Shown: in pieces, positions 1 through 13,739 of the stretch
Position numbering within the stretch: position 1 is the first letter of the stretch
How the letters are laid out: each line of letters starts with the position of its first letter
Assembly (NCBI GenBank): GCA_951406725.2
Contig: OX597816.1
Coordinates: forward strand, 81,840,001 to 81,904,000
Direction of reading: 5' to 3'
Source of the DNA: Octopus vulgaris
Taxonomy: Eukaryota
Length of the DNA stretch: 64,000 nt
The notes under the pieces: generated by a model
What the model saw: only the letters and a program-made list of their open reading frames with translations
What the model was told of the DNA's origin: nothing
The model's database searches: none
Program-made: the position numbers and the translations under genes

Positions 1-1975
1 GCGTCCGCTTTCCATGCTAGCATGGGTTGGACGGTTCTACTGGGGTCTGTGAAGCCAGAAGGCTTCATTAGGCCCAGTCAAATCTGGCAGTGTTTCTACG
101 GCTGGATGCCCTTCCTAACGCCAACCACTCCGTGAGTGTAGTGGGTGCTTTTTACGTGCCACCCGCACAGGTGCCAGACAGAGCTGGCAAACGGCCACGA
201 ACGGATGGTGCTTTTTATGTGCCACCGGCACGAGGGCCAGGCGAGGCTGGCAACGGACACGAAACGGGGCAGTGCTGGCAACGGTCGCGAAACGGAAGGT
301 TCTCTTACATGCCACCGGCACTGGTAACACATCTACAATTTCCATTCATCGATTTCGATTCTGATCCTCACTTACCTCAACGGGTCTTCACAAGTAGAGT
401 TTCGACATGCCACCGGCACTGGTAACACATCTGCAATTTCCATTGATCGATTTCGATTCTGATCCTCACTTGCCTCAACAGGTCTTCACAAGTAGAGTTT
501 TGTGTCCCAAGAAGGGAAGGTATGCATACGTAGGCTGGCTCCATCCCATGTAGAAGACTTGTCCAGCCGAGTCTTCTCGCGCACAGCACACTTCCAGAGG
601 TCTCAGTCTCTAGTCATTTCCTCAGTGAGACCTAAAGTTCGAAGGTCATGCTTCACCACCTCGTCCCAGGTTTTCCTGGGTCTGCCTCTTCCACAGGTTC
701 CCTCAACCGCTAGGGTGTGGCACTTTTTCACACAACTATCTACATCCATTCTCGCCACATGACCATACCAGCGCAAACGTCTCTCTTGCACACCACAACT
801 GATGCTTCTTAGGTCCAGCTTTTCTCTCAAGGTACTTACACTCTGCCGAGTATGAGTACTGACATTACACATCCATCGGAGCATACTGGCTTCATTTCTT
901 GCGAGCTTACGCATATCCTCAGCAGTCACGGCCCATGTTTCACTGCCATGTAGCATGGCTGTTCATACACACGCATCATACAGTCTGCCTTTCACTCTGT
1001 GCGAGAGGCCTTTTGTCACCAGCAGAGGTAAGAGCTCTCTGAATTTTGCCCAAGCTATTCTTACTCTAGCAGTTACACTTTCAGCACACCCGCCCCCGCT
1101 GCTGACTTGGTCACCTAGGTAACGGAAACTATCAACTATTTCTAGTTTTTCTCCCTGGAAAGTGACGGAAGTTGGTCTCAGAGCATTTTCAGTGTTTATT
1201 GTTCCTGAGCATCTGCCACATACAAAAACCATCTTCCTAGTTAGCCTTCCTTTGACATTGCTGCACCTTTTATGTGTCCATAGCTTACACTTGGTGCATC
1301 TTATAGAGTTTCTACCTACACCTTTTCTACAGATCGAGCAGGGCCATCTACCTGAAGGCGTTTGTGATTTGTCTACCTTCCTACTGATTACGACCTTGGT
1401 TTTAGCTAGATTGACTCTGAGGCCCTTCGATTCTAATCCTTGTTTCCACACCTGAAACTTCTCCTCCAGTTCTGATAGCGACTCAGCAATTAGAGCAAGG
1501 TCATCAGCATAGAGGAGCTCCCAAGGGCATCCTGTCTTGAATTCCTCTGTTATTGCCTGGAGGACTATGATAAATAGGAGGGGCCTGAGTACTGAGCCTT
1601 GGTGGACCCCTATCTCTACCCGGAATTCTTCGCTGTACTCGTTTCCAACCCTCACCCTACTAGCAGCGTCCCTATACATGGCCCGCACAGCTCTCACTAA
1701 CCATTCATCTATCCCTAGTTTCCTCATTGCCCACCAGATAAGGGATCAGGGGACCCTGTCGAAGGCTTTCTCCATGTCAACAAAAGCCAGGTACAGGGGC
1801 TTATCTTTGGCTAGGTATTTCTCCTGCAGCTGCCTTACCAGGAATATAGCATCAGTAGTACTTTTCCCTGGCACAAACCCAAACTGCATCTCATCTAAAC
1901 TAACTCTCTCTCTAATTAGTTGGGCTAAGACCCTCTCCGTAACCTTCATCACCTGATCCAACAGCTTGATATGTA
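1..1975 (-). mobile_element. 5'-truncated RTE-clade LINE (RT, C-terminus, 3' UTR with internal tandem repeats), interrupted by stops
   Basis: Consecutive minus-strand ORFs 1746-1991, 963-1727 and 603-956 give RT motifs QFGFVPGKSTTDAIF, FVDMEKAFDRVP, GVHQGSVL, LYADDL, FRYLG and the RTE-type C-terminus RLRWYGHVARM...RGRGRPRKTW. The 3' UTR matches other copies that end in (TGA)n. Confidence 0.93.
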
Positions 1976-2535
1976 ATTCCTTGTCTTGCAAGTTACTTGG
2001 CGACTGTGCCAGTGTGCAAGTGCTAGTGTGATGTAAAAAGCATCCAGTCCACCCTGTAAAATGTTTAGCATTTGGAAGGGCATCCAGCTATAAAAATCAT
2101 GCTAAAACTAACTTCACCTGTGCTAGTGCCATGTAAAAAGCAGTCAGTCCACACTGCTGAGTGTTTAGTGCCTAGGGAGAGCATCCAGCTGCAAAAGCCC
2201 TGCTAAAACAGACGCAGTAGCATAGGGTAGTTTTTCTACCTGGCCAGCTCCTGTGAACTGCACTATCCATGCATGCATGGAAGATGGACATTAAATGATG
2301 ATGATATATATATATATAAATACACAGACATTATGATGATACATTATGTGGACAATATTTTCAACTGAGACATTACAACTATATCTGATACTTCAAGTGC
2401 TTCAATTGTGTGTGTATATACTCATATTTACTTTATTGCAGGGTGCAGCCTTCCAGCGTGCCAGCCCAGTCAAAGTGTCCAACCCATGGCAGCATGAACA
2501 ACGGACATTAAATGATGATGATGATGATGATGATG
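1976..2535 (+). mobile_element. Older RTE 3'-UTR fragments ending in (TGA)n
   Basis: GGAAGGGCATCCAGCT motif; tails ..CATGGAAGATGGACATTAAATGATGATG (~2300) and ..ACGGACATTAAATGATGATG (~2535). Confidence 0.7.
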
Positions 2536-2710
2536 GTCTCCCTCATTGTTTTGATATGCCATTTTCTATCATTAATAAAACTGTCGGGTCTGCTTGTAAC
2601 ATTAATGTTCCAAAAAATTAAAACCCACTTGTGTACTTAGTTTAGGAATGAATTTCATTGAATGATACAAAAAAAAAAGAAATGATAAAAAGAGAGAAAT
2701 ATTTATATAC

Positions 2711-3461
2711 CTGCTGGACTTTCAAGAAAGGGTAGTTCTTGTGTATGAATACCTCTTTCACTCTTCTTCAAGTAATGTTCAAACTGATTTTGCACAGAAT
2801 CCAATAAAGACACAACAGCACTGAGGCGATTGAAACAATATTCAAACAAGGCAAAACACTCCAGAAACTCTGTATGAAAGTAACAGATGCTGGTTAATTT
2901 GTCGTGGGTGGATTGCTGGAATTGACCCCAAAGTCGTTCAGAGATCTCATCAAATTTCTTCCGGGTTTTCAGAACCATAGTTGGTGAAATTGTATTTAAA
3001 ATATAGTTTTTTACATTTAGCTTGGTACCTTCTGCTAAATGAATGAGGGCCCATCGAGATTTGTCTAAATCTTGAGAAGAACACTCTTTGCTGGAACATG
3101 GTGGCAGTGAATCAGTTTTCAGATCAAGAAGAATATCTATGTATGTATGGTATAAGGCACAGATGCCAGCTCCTTCCCAAGGATCTTTGATCTGAAGCAG
3201 ATCAGTTCCTTGCATAACCAAAACTGTCTCTATAACATTAAATGCTTCTTCTTTCCGGCCCAATTCCCATTCAAGCCGGGCAAATGCATTCCAAAGAATT
3301 AAATTATTCCTGTTATGATTCTCTTTTAATAAAGATTTGGCAAACTTGTGAATGTCTTTTGAAGATGTTTTATCAGCACCAGATGGTGATTTTCGTAATA
3401 AAGACAAATGGTGTTCTAACCATAACAAAGTGATAGCAGTTTGGTTCTCACCTGAAAATAC
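2711..3461 (-). CDS. NRDE2: NRDE2 internal exon (VFSGENQTAITLLWLEHH...FAKSLLKENHNRNNLILWNAFARLEWELG...)
   Basis: Acceptor tttaatAG|GTA (phase 0), donor G|GTATAT (phase 1), 751 nt. The peptide resembles the NRDE2 helical-repeat region (AKxLLK..NxNN..LW..YA.LEW). Confidence 0.88.
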
Positions 3462-4574
3462 CTATTAAAAATAGAAGAGAAATTATCAGACTTCATAAGA
3501 AGATACAATGCAAGACATAAATGTTTGGAAAGCTGTAGTATTTACAAATCCATCCAACTATGCAATTATAAAAAAAATGACTGTCCTGATGATAATTTCA
3601 ACATGAAGTAAATAGGAGGTAACGTTTTATAATTAGGCACAGGTAACACTGTGTAGTTAAGAAGAATCTCATCACAGATGTGTGCCTCTCTCTCTATCTT
3701 TCTCTGCCTGCCTTACCTTATCTTGGCATAGAGCAATAGTTGCAAATGATCATCACTGTCAGACAGGTAGTGCCCTTAGCTTCAAACCTCCTGTGAAAAC
3801 ATGTCCACAATGTGAAAATATTACCTTATTTGGAAATGGGTGAGGATTGGTAACAGGAAAAGCATTTGCTTCAGAGAAGTGTGTCTGGTTGATGCAAGCA
3901 TGGAAAGCAGATGCTAAATGAAGATGATGCTTTAAGAAAATCAACAATATGGATGAGGGAAAACACCTCAGGTGAGTGTCCATCATACTGAAGACAAATA
4001 AGTCAGAGCCTGACATATATAATATAGTGAGTTGAAAAATGTCAATGGTAATTTAAAGTGGAAAAAACTTGCTTTAGGACTGTTTAAAATCAAGCGAGGT
4101 ATCTCCAATAATATCAGCTAATCTAAATTTTTGAGAATTAAAGACAATGCAATTGAAAGCAATGGATATATTTCAATCTTAAATTTCATCAGTAAAAAAT
4201 ATCCAGAGCAGCTGGCAAAACATAACCAGAAGTAATAAGCATATATAAGAGAAAAAAATAAGTAGTAATGCTGATTATGAATATCAACAATAGGACTTAA
4301 GAATATTTTCTTAGGGGAACATTCTGCATGGTGAGTACAGCCTCACATATGTAATATAATGACTTGTAAAAACTTTGAATATCTGAGATTATCCTTGCAA
4401 TTAGAAAACAAAGACCTCCCTCAAAGTGTTTCTAAAGTTTGACATTAATAATAGCTGATATTACAGTTATCTTCCTTGCATCTCAGTTTTAGATTTTAAG
4501 CACTCCTAGAATGAGTTTTTGTCTTCTACTGCAAGGATAATCTCAGTTAACTGAAGTTTTTCATCTCACTATGC

Positions 4575-4576
<2 letters not shown>

Positions 4577-4627
<51 letters not shown>

Positions 4628-5500
4628 AATTATTGTGTATAGTGCTCAGGTGCACTACAACTCCTTAAAGGTGCATGTACATTACATAGAATTATGTTCA
4701 AATGCCAGGAAAGTGAACAGTGTATGAGTCATGATATACATGTGTGCATGCATATGGAGTGGAGGGGTATCAGGTGTAATGTTGGCGAATTTCACAAAGC
4801 ATGAAGGTTTTAAAAGATGCAATGACTCAGCAGCTAACAACTGAGGCAGGTAGTTTGTTCCATGCTTTATAACTGTGTGTGAAAAATGTTTCCAAAAGTC
4901 ATGGGAGTTGTGCTGTTTTCAGTCTTTGTAGGCATGCCCATGTGTTAGACACAAGAGCTCAAAAAGGTGCTTAAGGTGGTTGTTGGCACGGTGGTTAATT
5001 TTGTGTGTTTACCAAGTTAGTTGCTAGACGTTGGAACTTCAATGTATATATGCCCAGGGAAACAAGGCATTCAGATTATGGTAGATATCTGACGGAGGGT
5101 ATTCACTTAGTTGCATGTCTCTGAACAGTTTCCAGGAGGTCAATGTCCTGAGAAAGATAGGGGTTCCAGTGATGCAAATTCCAAGTGTGGCTACACCGTA
5201 GCCATATACAGCCTTAAATAGGTAGCTGGGGATCGGCTGATAAAAGTCTTGCTGAGTGATGCCAAGACACCCTCAGCCTTCTTGACAATTTTAGAGATGT
5301 GCTTTGTCCAGTGCAAATTGCTGCTGACAGTAATGCCCAGGTCATGTCCTCAAGAAGACTTCTTGATATTAGTGTTGTGGAGAGAGTATGTGTTGCTGGA
5401 TTTTACCTCCCAAAATGCATGGTGGTAGACTTGTCTGCAGCCAGCTTGTGTTGCCAGTCTGTAATCCATTGTTGCATTGTGTCCAGGTCTGATTGTAGGA
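4577..5500 (-). mobile_element. Degenerate CR1-like LINE 3' part with (TTA)n tail
   Basis: Antisense copy of the family at 25900-27478; long (TAA)n run at 4577-4624 is the tail. Confidence 0.8.
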
Positions 5501-5857
5501 TTATATATGTGAGATTATCATACGTGTTATAAGAAAACTTGAGTTGGAATTGTTACATCACAGTAGGAACACTCGGTCACATAGAAAAGATAATGCAATT
5601 ATGTGGATAAAAACTAAACCATATCTTCAATACTGAATATAGTGTTCAATTAGCTACTCAAATGCCTCACAACATTGCTCCATCTATTTGGTTTATCACA
5701 GCATTTAAATATTAAGTCAACTGTAACATTATGCAAAAGGAGAAGAAAACAAATGAAGTTACTAAATCAGAATTAAACACTGGCCTTTTACTCTGCTGTG
5801 GTTTAGAAACAGATTAATTAATATTATGATAAATGATAATTTAAAAATCAAACCTAC

Positions 5858-6309
5858 CTTAACAGCTTGCTGGAAAATATTATCAACGAATTTTTGGAAA
5901 AGTTCATGCCTAGCTTTATTCCCACTTAAAAGTTCAAATGTTAAACCAATCTCTAGAACAGCAGCTTGTGGAACGTCAATGAGTGTGAATGGGGAGATAA
6001 ACCACTTTTGAAGGAATGTGAGGAGCAGAAAATGCTGTTCATTTCTGTAGACCCCAAGTAGATAGAGGGAATGAATTAGTAGCATCAGTTTTAATCTGTC
6101 ATCATCAAATTGAATCAACACTGGAGCTATATCATCAAACAGCACCAAGCGATCAAGGTCCTCACAGTCTTCTAGTGTCTCATCAGCACTGGTGTCAGGT
6201 CGCCATGGCAGCCAGTGTACAGATTCTCTAAGTTGTTCAATATTCAGCCACGTCTGCCATTGGGGTTTGTTTTGTGAAATTATGTCCTCTTCAATATCAT
6301 CAATTGACA
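5858..6309 (-). CDS. NRDE2: NRDE2 internal exon (..WQTWLNIEQLRESVHWLPWRPD...CEDLDRLVLFDDI..)
   Basis: Contains the NRDE2 motif W.PWRP...ED.DR.VLFDDI. Acceptor taaAG|TG (phase 1), donor AAG|GTAGGT (phase 0), 452 nt. Confidence 0.93.
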
Positions 6310-6848
6310 CTTTAATAAAAAATACACAAAAGAAATCAACAATAAATAGTAGACAGCAACAACATACAAAAACTGAATATTTTAGAAAAAAAAACACACA
6401 TGATCAATAAACAGGAAGGCTTACAATTGCTAAGATGATATAATGATAGCTTCTTCTATTAACCTGACAAAAGAGCAGATAAGAGTGCTGACAGAGAATG
6501 GTGTTTGTGGTGGAGTACTGAACTAACCAATGCTTTAAATGTATATAGTTAAGTTCTTGATTGTTTGTATAAAATCCACTGATTAGTAAAGCATTTCATG
6601 TCATGTTTATAACCTGATACAATGTTATGACTTCTTAAAAGATACTTTTTCTTTGGTTCTTTATTATCAAGTAATTTAATTATTTTCCAATTTACCAGTT
6701 TTATATCTATTTTACATCCATTAAACTTCTCACAATATCAATTCAAAAACCAGATTATCTGTGTGTGTGTGTGTGTGTACAAACACACACACACACATAA
6801 ATGTTCAAGTAGCATACATAAAGGATAAACTAAAATATATATAACAAC

Positions 6849-7103
6849 CTGAGCGATAAGAAGTATCCTTTGTACAAGATTTTGTTTCAACCCATGACTT
6901 CCAGCCTTCAGCACCTGGTTCACCAAAACGAGCAACACCACTGTCCCAGAAGCTCTCATAAACAGCAATACGATCTTCAGTACTGCTCTTTTCTAGTGAA
7001 GTTGGACAAAATAGGTTAAATTCAAGCACAGCCTGTAATGATGCAACCATCTTTTCAGTAAAACCAGTCTGCAGCAAGAAACAGCAATACTGGACAAATA
7101 TGT
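6849..7103 (-). CDS. NRDE2: NRDE2 internal exon (DIFVQYCCFLLQTGFTEKMVASLQAVLEFNLFCP...FWDSGVARFGEPGAEGW)
   Basis: Hallmark FWDSG..R.GE.GA.GW motif. Acceptor tttcAG|AC, donor CAG|GTTGTT (weak but phase-compatible), 255 nt. Confidence 0.93.
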
Positions 7104-9699
7104 CTGAAAATACAAGATAAGAAAAACATTAAATTGGCAAGATTAAAAAGGGCCATCATAAAGTATATTTTTTTTTACTGCTTAGTCAAGAAAGGAAGGG
7201 CTGCATCCCTGATTCTTTAATTCCTTGGGACCTCTGAGGCTGGTGGGAGGGAGGAGGAAGTTATCTTCAAATTGTAAAGTTGACCTAAACACTTGTGATG
7301 AAGTAAACTCTACTAAAGACACCTAAGGATTACAGGGTGGTGTTAAACCAGGCAAAAAATTGTCTACCACCCAAGAACTCAGATGCGAAGATCTGGAACA
7401 AATAACTGCAACACCTCTCAACTAATATTTTAATAATTCCTCTAACTTACTGTCTTGGATTGCTACTTTATTTCATCAACCATGAAAGAATAAAAAACAA
7501 AAGTGACTATGTCAGGATTTGAACTTAGAGTGCAGAGAACTAGAATGAATGGTGTAACTGTGCCAATTCATTGCCTAATTTAGATAATTAATGAGACTTA
7601 ATCATTTAATCTTATATAAAATTATATCTGTCCCAATTTACCTCAGTGATGACAGACAAAAAAAGAAAGATGAAAAGGCTTAGGGTTCTCAGGTGAATGG
7701 AGACCTAAAAATATTTAGATAAATTTGTAATCTATCTTACAGCTACAAATAGGCATTTTCAGAAAGAAAATTGAATTGATGCATTTCCTGAATTAACTTT
7801 TTTGTTTTAAAGAAGCAAAAATCTTATAAGCCTAGCCTATGTTTTGAACAATTGTATTTCTTTAGGTTATATTTACTAAACCATCAAGATTATGAAGGTA
7901 AGAAAAATGGTAAGTTAATCAGACAGTTACTGGGATGTTGAAAGCATCAGGTTATATAGGTAGAATAATGCTTGTTACTTGCCTGGTTGTTGTTATTGTA
8001 ACTCTAACCCCCAGGTTAACCGTAAATGAGCAAACCTATGAAGAAAACTATTCTAGCCCAGAGCATGCTGTCTTTGTTTATGGCATAGTGTATTCAAGAC
8101 TATATCATGCTGGATATAACATGTCCCCTCTTCTGAGTAGGGTGTAAGTTGAAAGAAATTTCACTGGTATTTCTAGCAGATTAAGCAAGCATGCAAGGGT
8201 TCCCTCTTTAGTCCATTACTTGCCTGGTAGTACAAGATGTTATTAACATAAATTGCTACAGAGCCAAAAATTATGCAATGAAGAACATCTATTACTGGAT
8301 CAAGTTTTGAAAGTAGTCTTATCCAAGGTAATTTTAATTTGCTAAGGGCAAAAACCAAGCCATTCTATTTTGCATTCATCAATCCCAAAAAGGCCCTTGA
8401 TAAGGTTCCACACTCTGTTGTCTAGTAGACAATAAAAAGACCAGTAGAAGCCATGTAAAAGGGTACAGTATGCAAATTTAAGACTGACAGTGATTACAGT
8501 TAGGAATTACACAGATGTCTTCAGCCTATAATATTCATTACAGCTCTTAGGTCATTAATGTAGGAGTTCAGGTTAAGATGTCTTTGTGAAATTTTTATGA
8601 ACTAACAATCTGAAACATTTAGAATAGCTTGCAAGGGACCTGCAGAGATGTTCTAAACCTGAAACAATGGTCCAGAGTCCAACCGCTTAAAAAATCAAAC
8701 TGATAGTTGATGAGAGTACAATGTGTCAATAGGTTTGGGAACTGATCATATTCAATATATAAGAAAAAGAAAGGAGTGGGTAAAAATTTAATTTTAATAC
8801 TTTGTACTGTATAAGCAATGTCAACATAAAACATGCAAGCTGTAAATAGGTGTCATTGAAAATAGAATTAATGGGTATACACAACAGAGGTACATTGTAA
8901 CCAACAACTCCCTCATTAATCTAGTCAAGTAAAGAGTAGTTGTATGTTACCAAATGATATTTTGAATGAGCACAATAAAGATAGGATATTAGCAAACCAA
9001 ATAACATGACTTGGTTTTCTTTCTAACTTGTGCTGTTAAGGACCTTGAAAAAAAATCCCTTCTGACTTGAGATTTCACCCACCCCACTCATAGTACAGAA
9101 GGAAACAGTACACAAAACTAATAGTAGTTCTCAGCCTAAGGGTCAAAGTATAATTCTGAAAGAGTCATGAAGACAAAATCTTTTACTTTTTTAATATTTG
9201 ATAAAATATAAAATGTTTATGAATATATACTACAATAAACTACAGATATAAATGCTACAATATAATATTTATTGTAACCCCCCCCCCCCCGCACCCCAAG
9301 TATCAGGTGTTAATTTGTATACCATTGCATTTTTCTTTCATCCATCTACTCATTAAAAAAGGGTTGTAGAGGATTAATGATTTGCCAAAAGTGAGAGAGA
9401 GGGATAGTAAATAAATACTATGACTTTTGAGCTCTGCAAGCTAAAGAAACATATTTCAATTAAATATAGGTCTTTCTTGCTTGGCAGTTTGTATTTTTAC
9501 ATTGCATTTACTTACAACTAAACGGATAGGAAAAACCAACCTTTAGCCATTAGGTTACTATTCCTGTTAACTCAACTAGCAGAAAATTACAATGCAGAAT
9601 ACATACAATCTAAAATATTTAAACTTTTTCCTTGCTTGTTAAGTTTGGAGGAATGGGCATTGCCTATACTTTTTCAGTCTTTCTGAGACTGGTAAGCTT

Positions 9700-10135
9700 A
9701 ATATTAATGTTTCACTTAAACTGTTACAGAGCAACACCTGCAAGAAAGACATAAGCAGAAAGAAGATATTCTGGGGAGAAAGGACTATGTAAGGCTGAGG
9801 TGGTTGGATACATCAAAAGTGACGGGGGGGGGGGGGGTAAGTGGGTTGAAGGTGCATGAATGGTGGAGGTACAAAACCAGCCAACTCAAAGAACAGTGAC
9901 CATTATTGTAGTGACAGAAAAGACAGAGAGCGGTTACAGTATGCCTATGGGACAGAAGTAGAGGCATGTCCATTAGTGATTAAATTCCATTTTGATGAGT
10001 GGTCATTTCTCTGGAGGTTTATGTATGTAGCAGCAGTACCATCCCAGACATGGGAGCAGTGCACCATTGTGGGCCTTACTTGAACCATGTAAGGTGTCTG
10101 CAGTTGTTGGGGAGTGGGAACTGAAATATTTTCTG
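9700..10135 (-). mobile_element. Highly degenerate LINE ORF2 C-terminus (CR1/L2/Jockey group)
   Basis: Relic peptides VRPTMVHCSHVWDG and HRHTVTALCLFCHYNNGHCS resemble conserved ORF2 C-terminal motifs. Confidence 0.55.
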
Positions 10136-10417
10136 GCTCTAAATTAATTCAATATTTGCATATGAATTGTCAGAGTAGATACTTTCATAACCAGATGCCC
10201 TTTCTTATAACTAACTAATGAGCTAGAAAATAGAGAAAGACATTTATTTTCAGTTAGTAATAAAATCAAATGTAAAGGAAAAAATTACTTGGCTGGAGAA
10301 CAAAAAACATGAAGTAACATTGCTCAGTTCAATTATATTTGATTAAGATGCAGAAAAATGAAAGTAAAAACTGATATAAACATATAAACAATAATCCTAA
10401 AGTTCAAATATACTTAC

Positions 10418-11400
10418 CCAATAAATTTTTGTTCAGAGTGTTTTTTAATATTTGTGAACAGCTTTCAGAATTTTGGGCTTCTAGTAAACATTTGAAACAC
10501 TTATGGTAGAGTTTGGTAACTTTGAGCACACTGAATGTAGTTAAGTTGCACTGACGCTGAAGCAGATAATTCTTCCACAGAGTGGAATCAGTGCTGTGTT
10601 TAGAGAGTAGTTTTTCCCAACTCTCCTGAACTTTGTTTGGTTCCCATAGATCGTGGCACAGTTTTAAACGAGCAACTTTTAGATCAATTGAATGAGGGTT
10701 AAATTCAATAGCTTTATCTAGAATAGCCACTTTCTTTTCAAGGACACCACGAAATGAAAGAAGCTGGACATTATCATCAAACATCATTTTGCCGTGCTTC
10801 TCTAGAAAAGTTTCTTGGAATGACACAAACTCCAACCACAGAGACACATTATGTGACTCTGAATGTAGTCGTTTATTATAGTAAGCAACCTTCTCCAGCA
10901 CAGGGCTACTAGTTGCTATACTAATATTGTTTTCACCATCAGTGTTGGTGTCACTCACCTGTTGGTTCAAAGCTACATCAAGATGACCAGGGTTGTTGTG
11001 CCCAGAATTAACATTATCATCTGTCAACGAGATGACATTTTTATCAAGCAGTTCAGAAGTTTGTTTCACATTTTGACACAGCTGGGTTTTCTGTGAAGGA
11101 CTAATCATTTGCTTCAAACTGTCAGCATCAAAGTAACGTTTAGTTACTAATTTTTTGGTTTCACTTGAGGATGGTGTAGTTCGGTTAATTAATAAACATC
11201 GAGCATTGTCATCTGTCAGTCCAAGACAAAATTTGCAGCACTGAAAATATTTAGCAACATGTAACTTGTAAATAGAACCATAAGTCCAGATGTTAGTATC
11301 AGCTTTGCAGTCAATCCTGAAGATGTTTTCAAGAGACGGTTTTACATTATCTCCAAGGAAAATTTGACCAGGAATACCTTTATAGAGTTCAGCAAGATTT
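10418..11400 (-). CDS. NRDE2: NRDE2 large internal exon (FRIDCKAD.N..YGSIY..HVAKY; YNKRL...LWLEFVSFQE; LEKKVAILDKAIEFNP)
   Basis: Matches the N-terminal part of the NRDE-2 domain. Acceptor polypyrimidine-tctAG|A (phase 2), donor G|GTAAGT (phase 1), 983 nt. Confidence 0.93.
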
Positions 11401-11633
11401 CTAGAAAGAAAGAAAAAGAACACTTTTAATTGTAATAAATGCTTTGGATCAAGCAAAAAAAAGTAGAATAAAAAGGTCGTTTTCCTGATGAATAAGAGTT
11501 GTCAGTTAATAACAAGCAATGCTATATTGTATTTATCAATGTAGACAAGGAATTAGATAGAGTTACACAATTCATAGCTTGTTGGGCATTAAGAAAATTA
11601 CATATGAATGGTTCAGGTCATATATAAGGGTTT

Positions 11634-11733
11634 NNNNNNNNNNNNNNNNNNNNNNNNNNNNNNNNNNNNNNNNNNNNNNNNNNNNNNNNNNNNNNNNNNN
11701 NNNNNNNNNNNNNNNNNNNNNNNNNNNNNNNNN
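11634..11733. other. Assembly gap (100 N)
   Basis: Run of N. Confidence 1.
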
Positions 11734-12171
11734 AATAGTCTCTCTTTACAGCATTTAGCCATAAAATGCAATGCGTTTCACAACTTAATCATGCTGTAGG
11801 AAGAAACTAAAACAAGTATAATGAAAGTGAATGACAGTCAGAGGATGTTAATTTTAGAGAGATATTTTGCTTGACTGTAATTGGTATTTTTATTCAAATT
11901 GTCACTGCAAATAATATCCATACTAGTATAACTGTACCATAAAAAATGACTGTGGTTGTTATACTAAACTTTGTAATAGTTACAACATTTTAACCTTATA
12001 TATATAAATATTCAACTTTTCCAATTGGAAATATTGTTGAAAACTGTACGTGATGAAAGTTGCTAATGAGAGTATGAAAAGTAACAGGAAAATAATAGAA
12101 AAAAATTTTTTTTATCTCTTCTCAAATATTATATAGGTTTGGTTATTTTTAATATGTACTATATGTTGTAG

Positions 12172-12430
12172 GTGGAGGTGCATGGCTTAGTAGTTAGGGT
12201 GTTGAACTCATGGTCGTAAGGTTGTGGTTTCGATTTTTGGACCGGGCGATGTGTTGTGTTCTTGAGAAAAACACTTCATTTTCACGTTGCTCCAGTCCAC
12301 TCAGCTGGCAAAAATGAGTAATCCTGCAATGGACCGGCATCCCATCTAGGTGGGGAATTTCTATGCCACTGAAACCGGAAAATTGGCCCTTATGAGCCTG
12401 GCATGACTCGAGAAGGAACATTTATTTTTT
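12172..12430 (+). mobile_element. tRNA-derived SINE with a Meta-like central domain
   Basis: A-box-like TGGCTTAGTAGTTAG, B-box-like GTTTCGATT, then CCTGCAATGGACCGGCATCCCATC...GAAACCGG. The Meta assignment is from recall of that domain. Confidence 0.6.
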
Positions 12431-13479
12431 TTATATGTTGTAGTCATTGATTCTCTCATTATTCTACATTATGTCATTTTCTACAATAAATGCTCTACCT
12501 AATTTCACAAGTGTTCTACATGTATATATATTCAAAATTACCAAGATATATGCAGATTTAAGCATAGGTACATGATTTTACAAACAGGTTGCACACATTT
12601 TCAGAAGTCTTTCAAGGGAGTGTAGGTTTAGGTTATGCAGAAGCTGTGCATATAACTTTGATAACAAGTATAGGCCCAGGCCATGTCTAACTTAATAGCA
12701 CCACCTGGAATATGCCACATAATTGACACATTCTGTGCAAAAGCTACAAATATACATAATAGGCTTTATTATTTACATTCACTGCAAAAGTTCCTGAAGT
12801 ACAATATTTCTTGTATAGGTATGAGGACAAACAACAGACATATCAAGCATATGTTTCCATCATCAGCTGCCAAATCAATATCACTATGGTTTCAATGTCT
12901 CAGCAGTACCATTCAGTCTAGTGGTGAAAACAGTATTGTAAACATAAACACTGCCTAGGAATCAATAGACAAGTAGCAGGATCAAAACATCAGTGATACG
13001 TCCATTACATTAACATGTGCTTATTATTAAATTACCAACATTAAATATAAACAAAATCATATTAAACCTATAGCTTCAAAGCTAGAAATTAAAGAGTAGT
13101 ATCTATAAAACAAAGAAATATCTCCCTCAAAAGGATATTGCCAGCTCAAAAACTATAGATCAAAATTAAATATACTGAGCAAAATTTACTGAACCACCAG
13201 TACATGACATGGAAAATAATAAGCCAAAGAATAACCAACCAAGTTTTTTTCAAACATATAGATTAATTCACAAACATAGGCCAATAGATATGCTGCTTTA
13301 CACTCTATAATACATTCCATACATAAAAAAACAAACAAGAAAACAAATGTAAATGAGCAGAGCAATATACCTTTAAACCAACATCTTCAAATCGTGTGAC
13401 ATAGGAATAGACTAGTGTTGATCAATATCTATTAAATATATATCTAATTATAGAAAATAAATTAATTGAATAAATTCTT

Positions 13480-13628
13480 TATTAAAATAAAATAAAATAA
13501 AATAAAATAAAATAACTAGATAAAAAGTATAAAATATAAAATAAAATAAAATAAAATACTAGATAAATAGTATAAAATATAAAATAAAATAAAATAACTA
13601 GATAAATAATATAAAATATAAAATAACA
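13480..13628. repeat. AT-rich (TAAAA)n-based minisatellite with three CTAGATAAA-containing units
   Basis: Read directly from the sequence. Confidence 0.85.
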
Positions 13629-13739
13629 TAAGCATGACAAAAACTTCCACATTCTAAGAAATTACTAACCTAAAACGAGCTTATTGCAAACACACTGAAT
13701 AACTTCCCATTTAATCATAAGGAAACAAAAGAAAAGCCT

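Noticed and set aside
140-330. Repeat-spacer-like units resembling a CRISPR array
   Set aside because: Eukaryotic LINE 3' UTR; the apparent spacers are homologous to each other and there are no cas genes.
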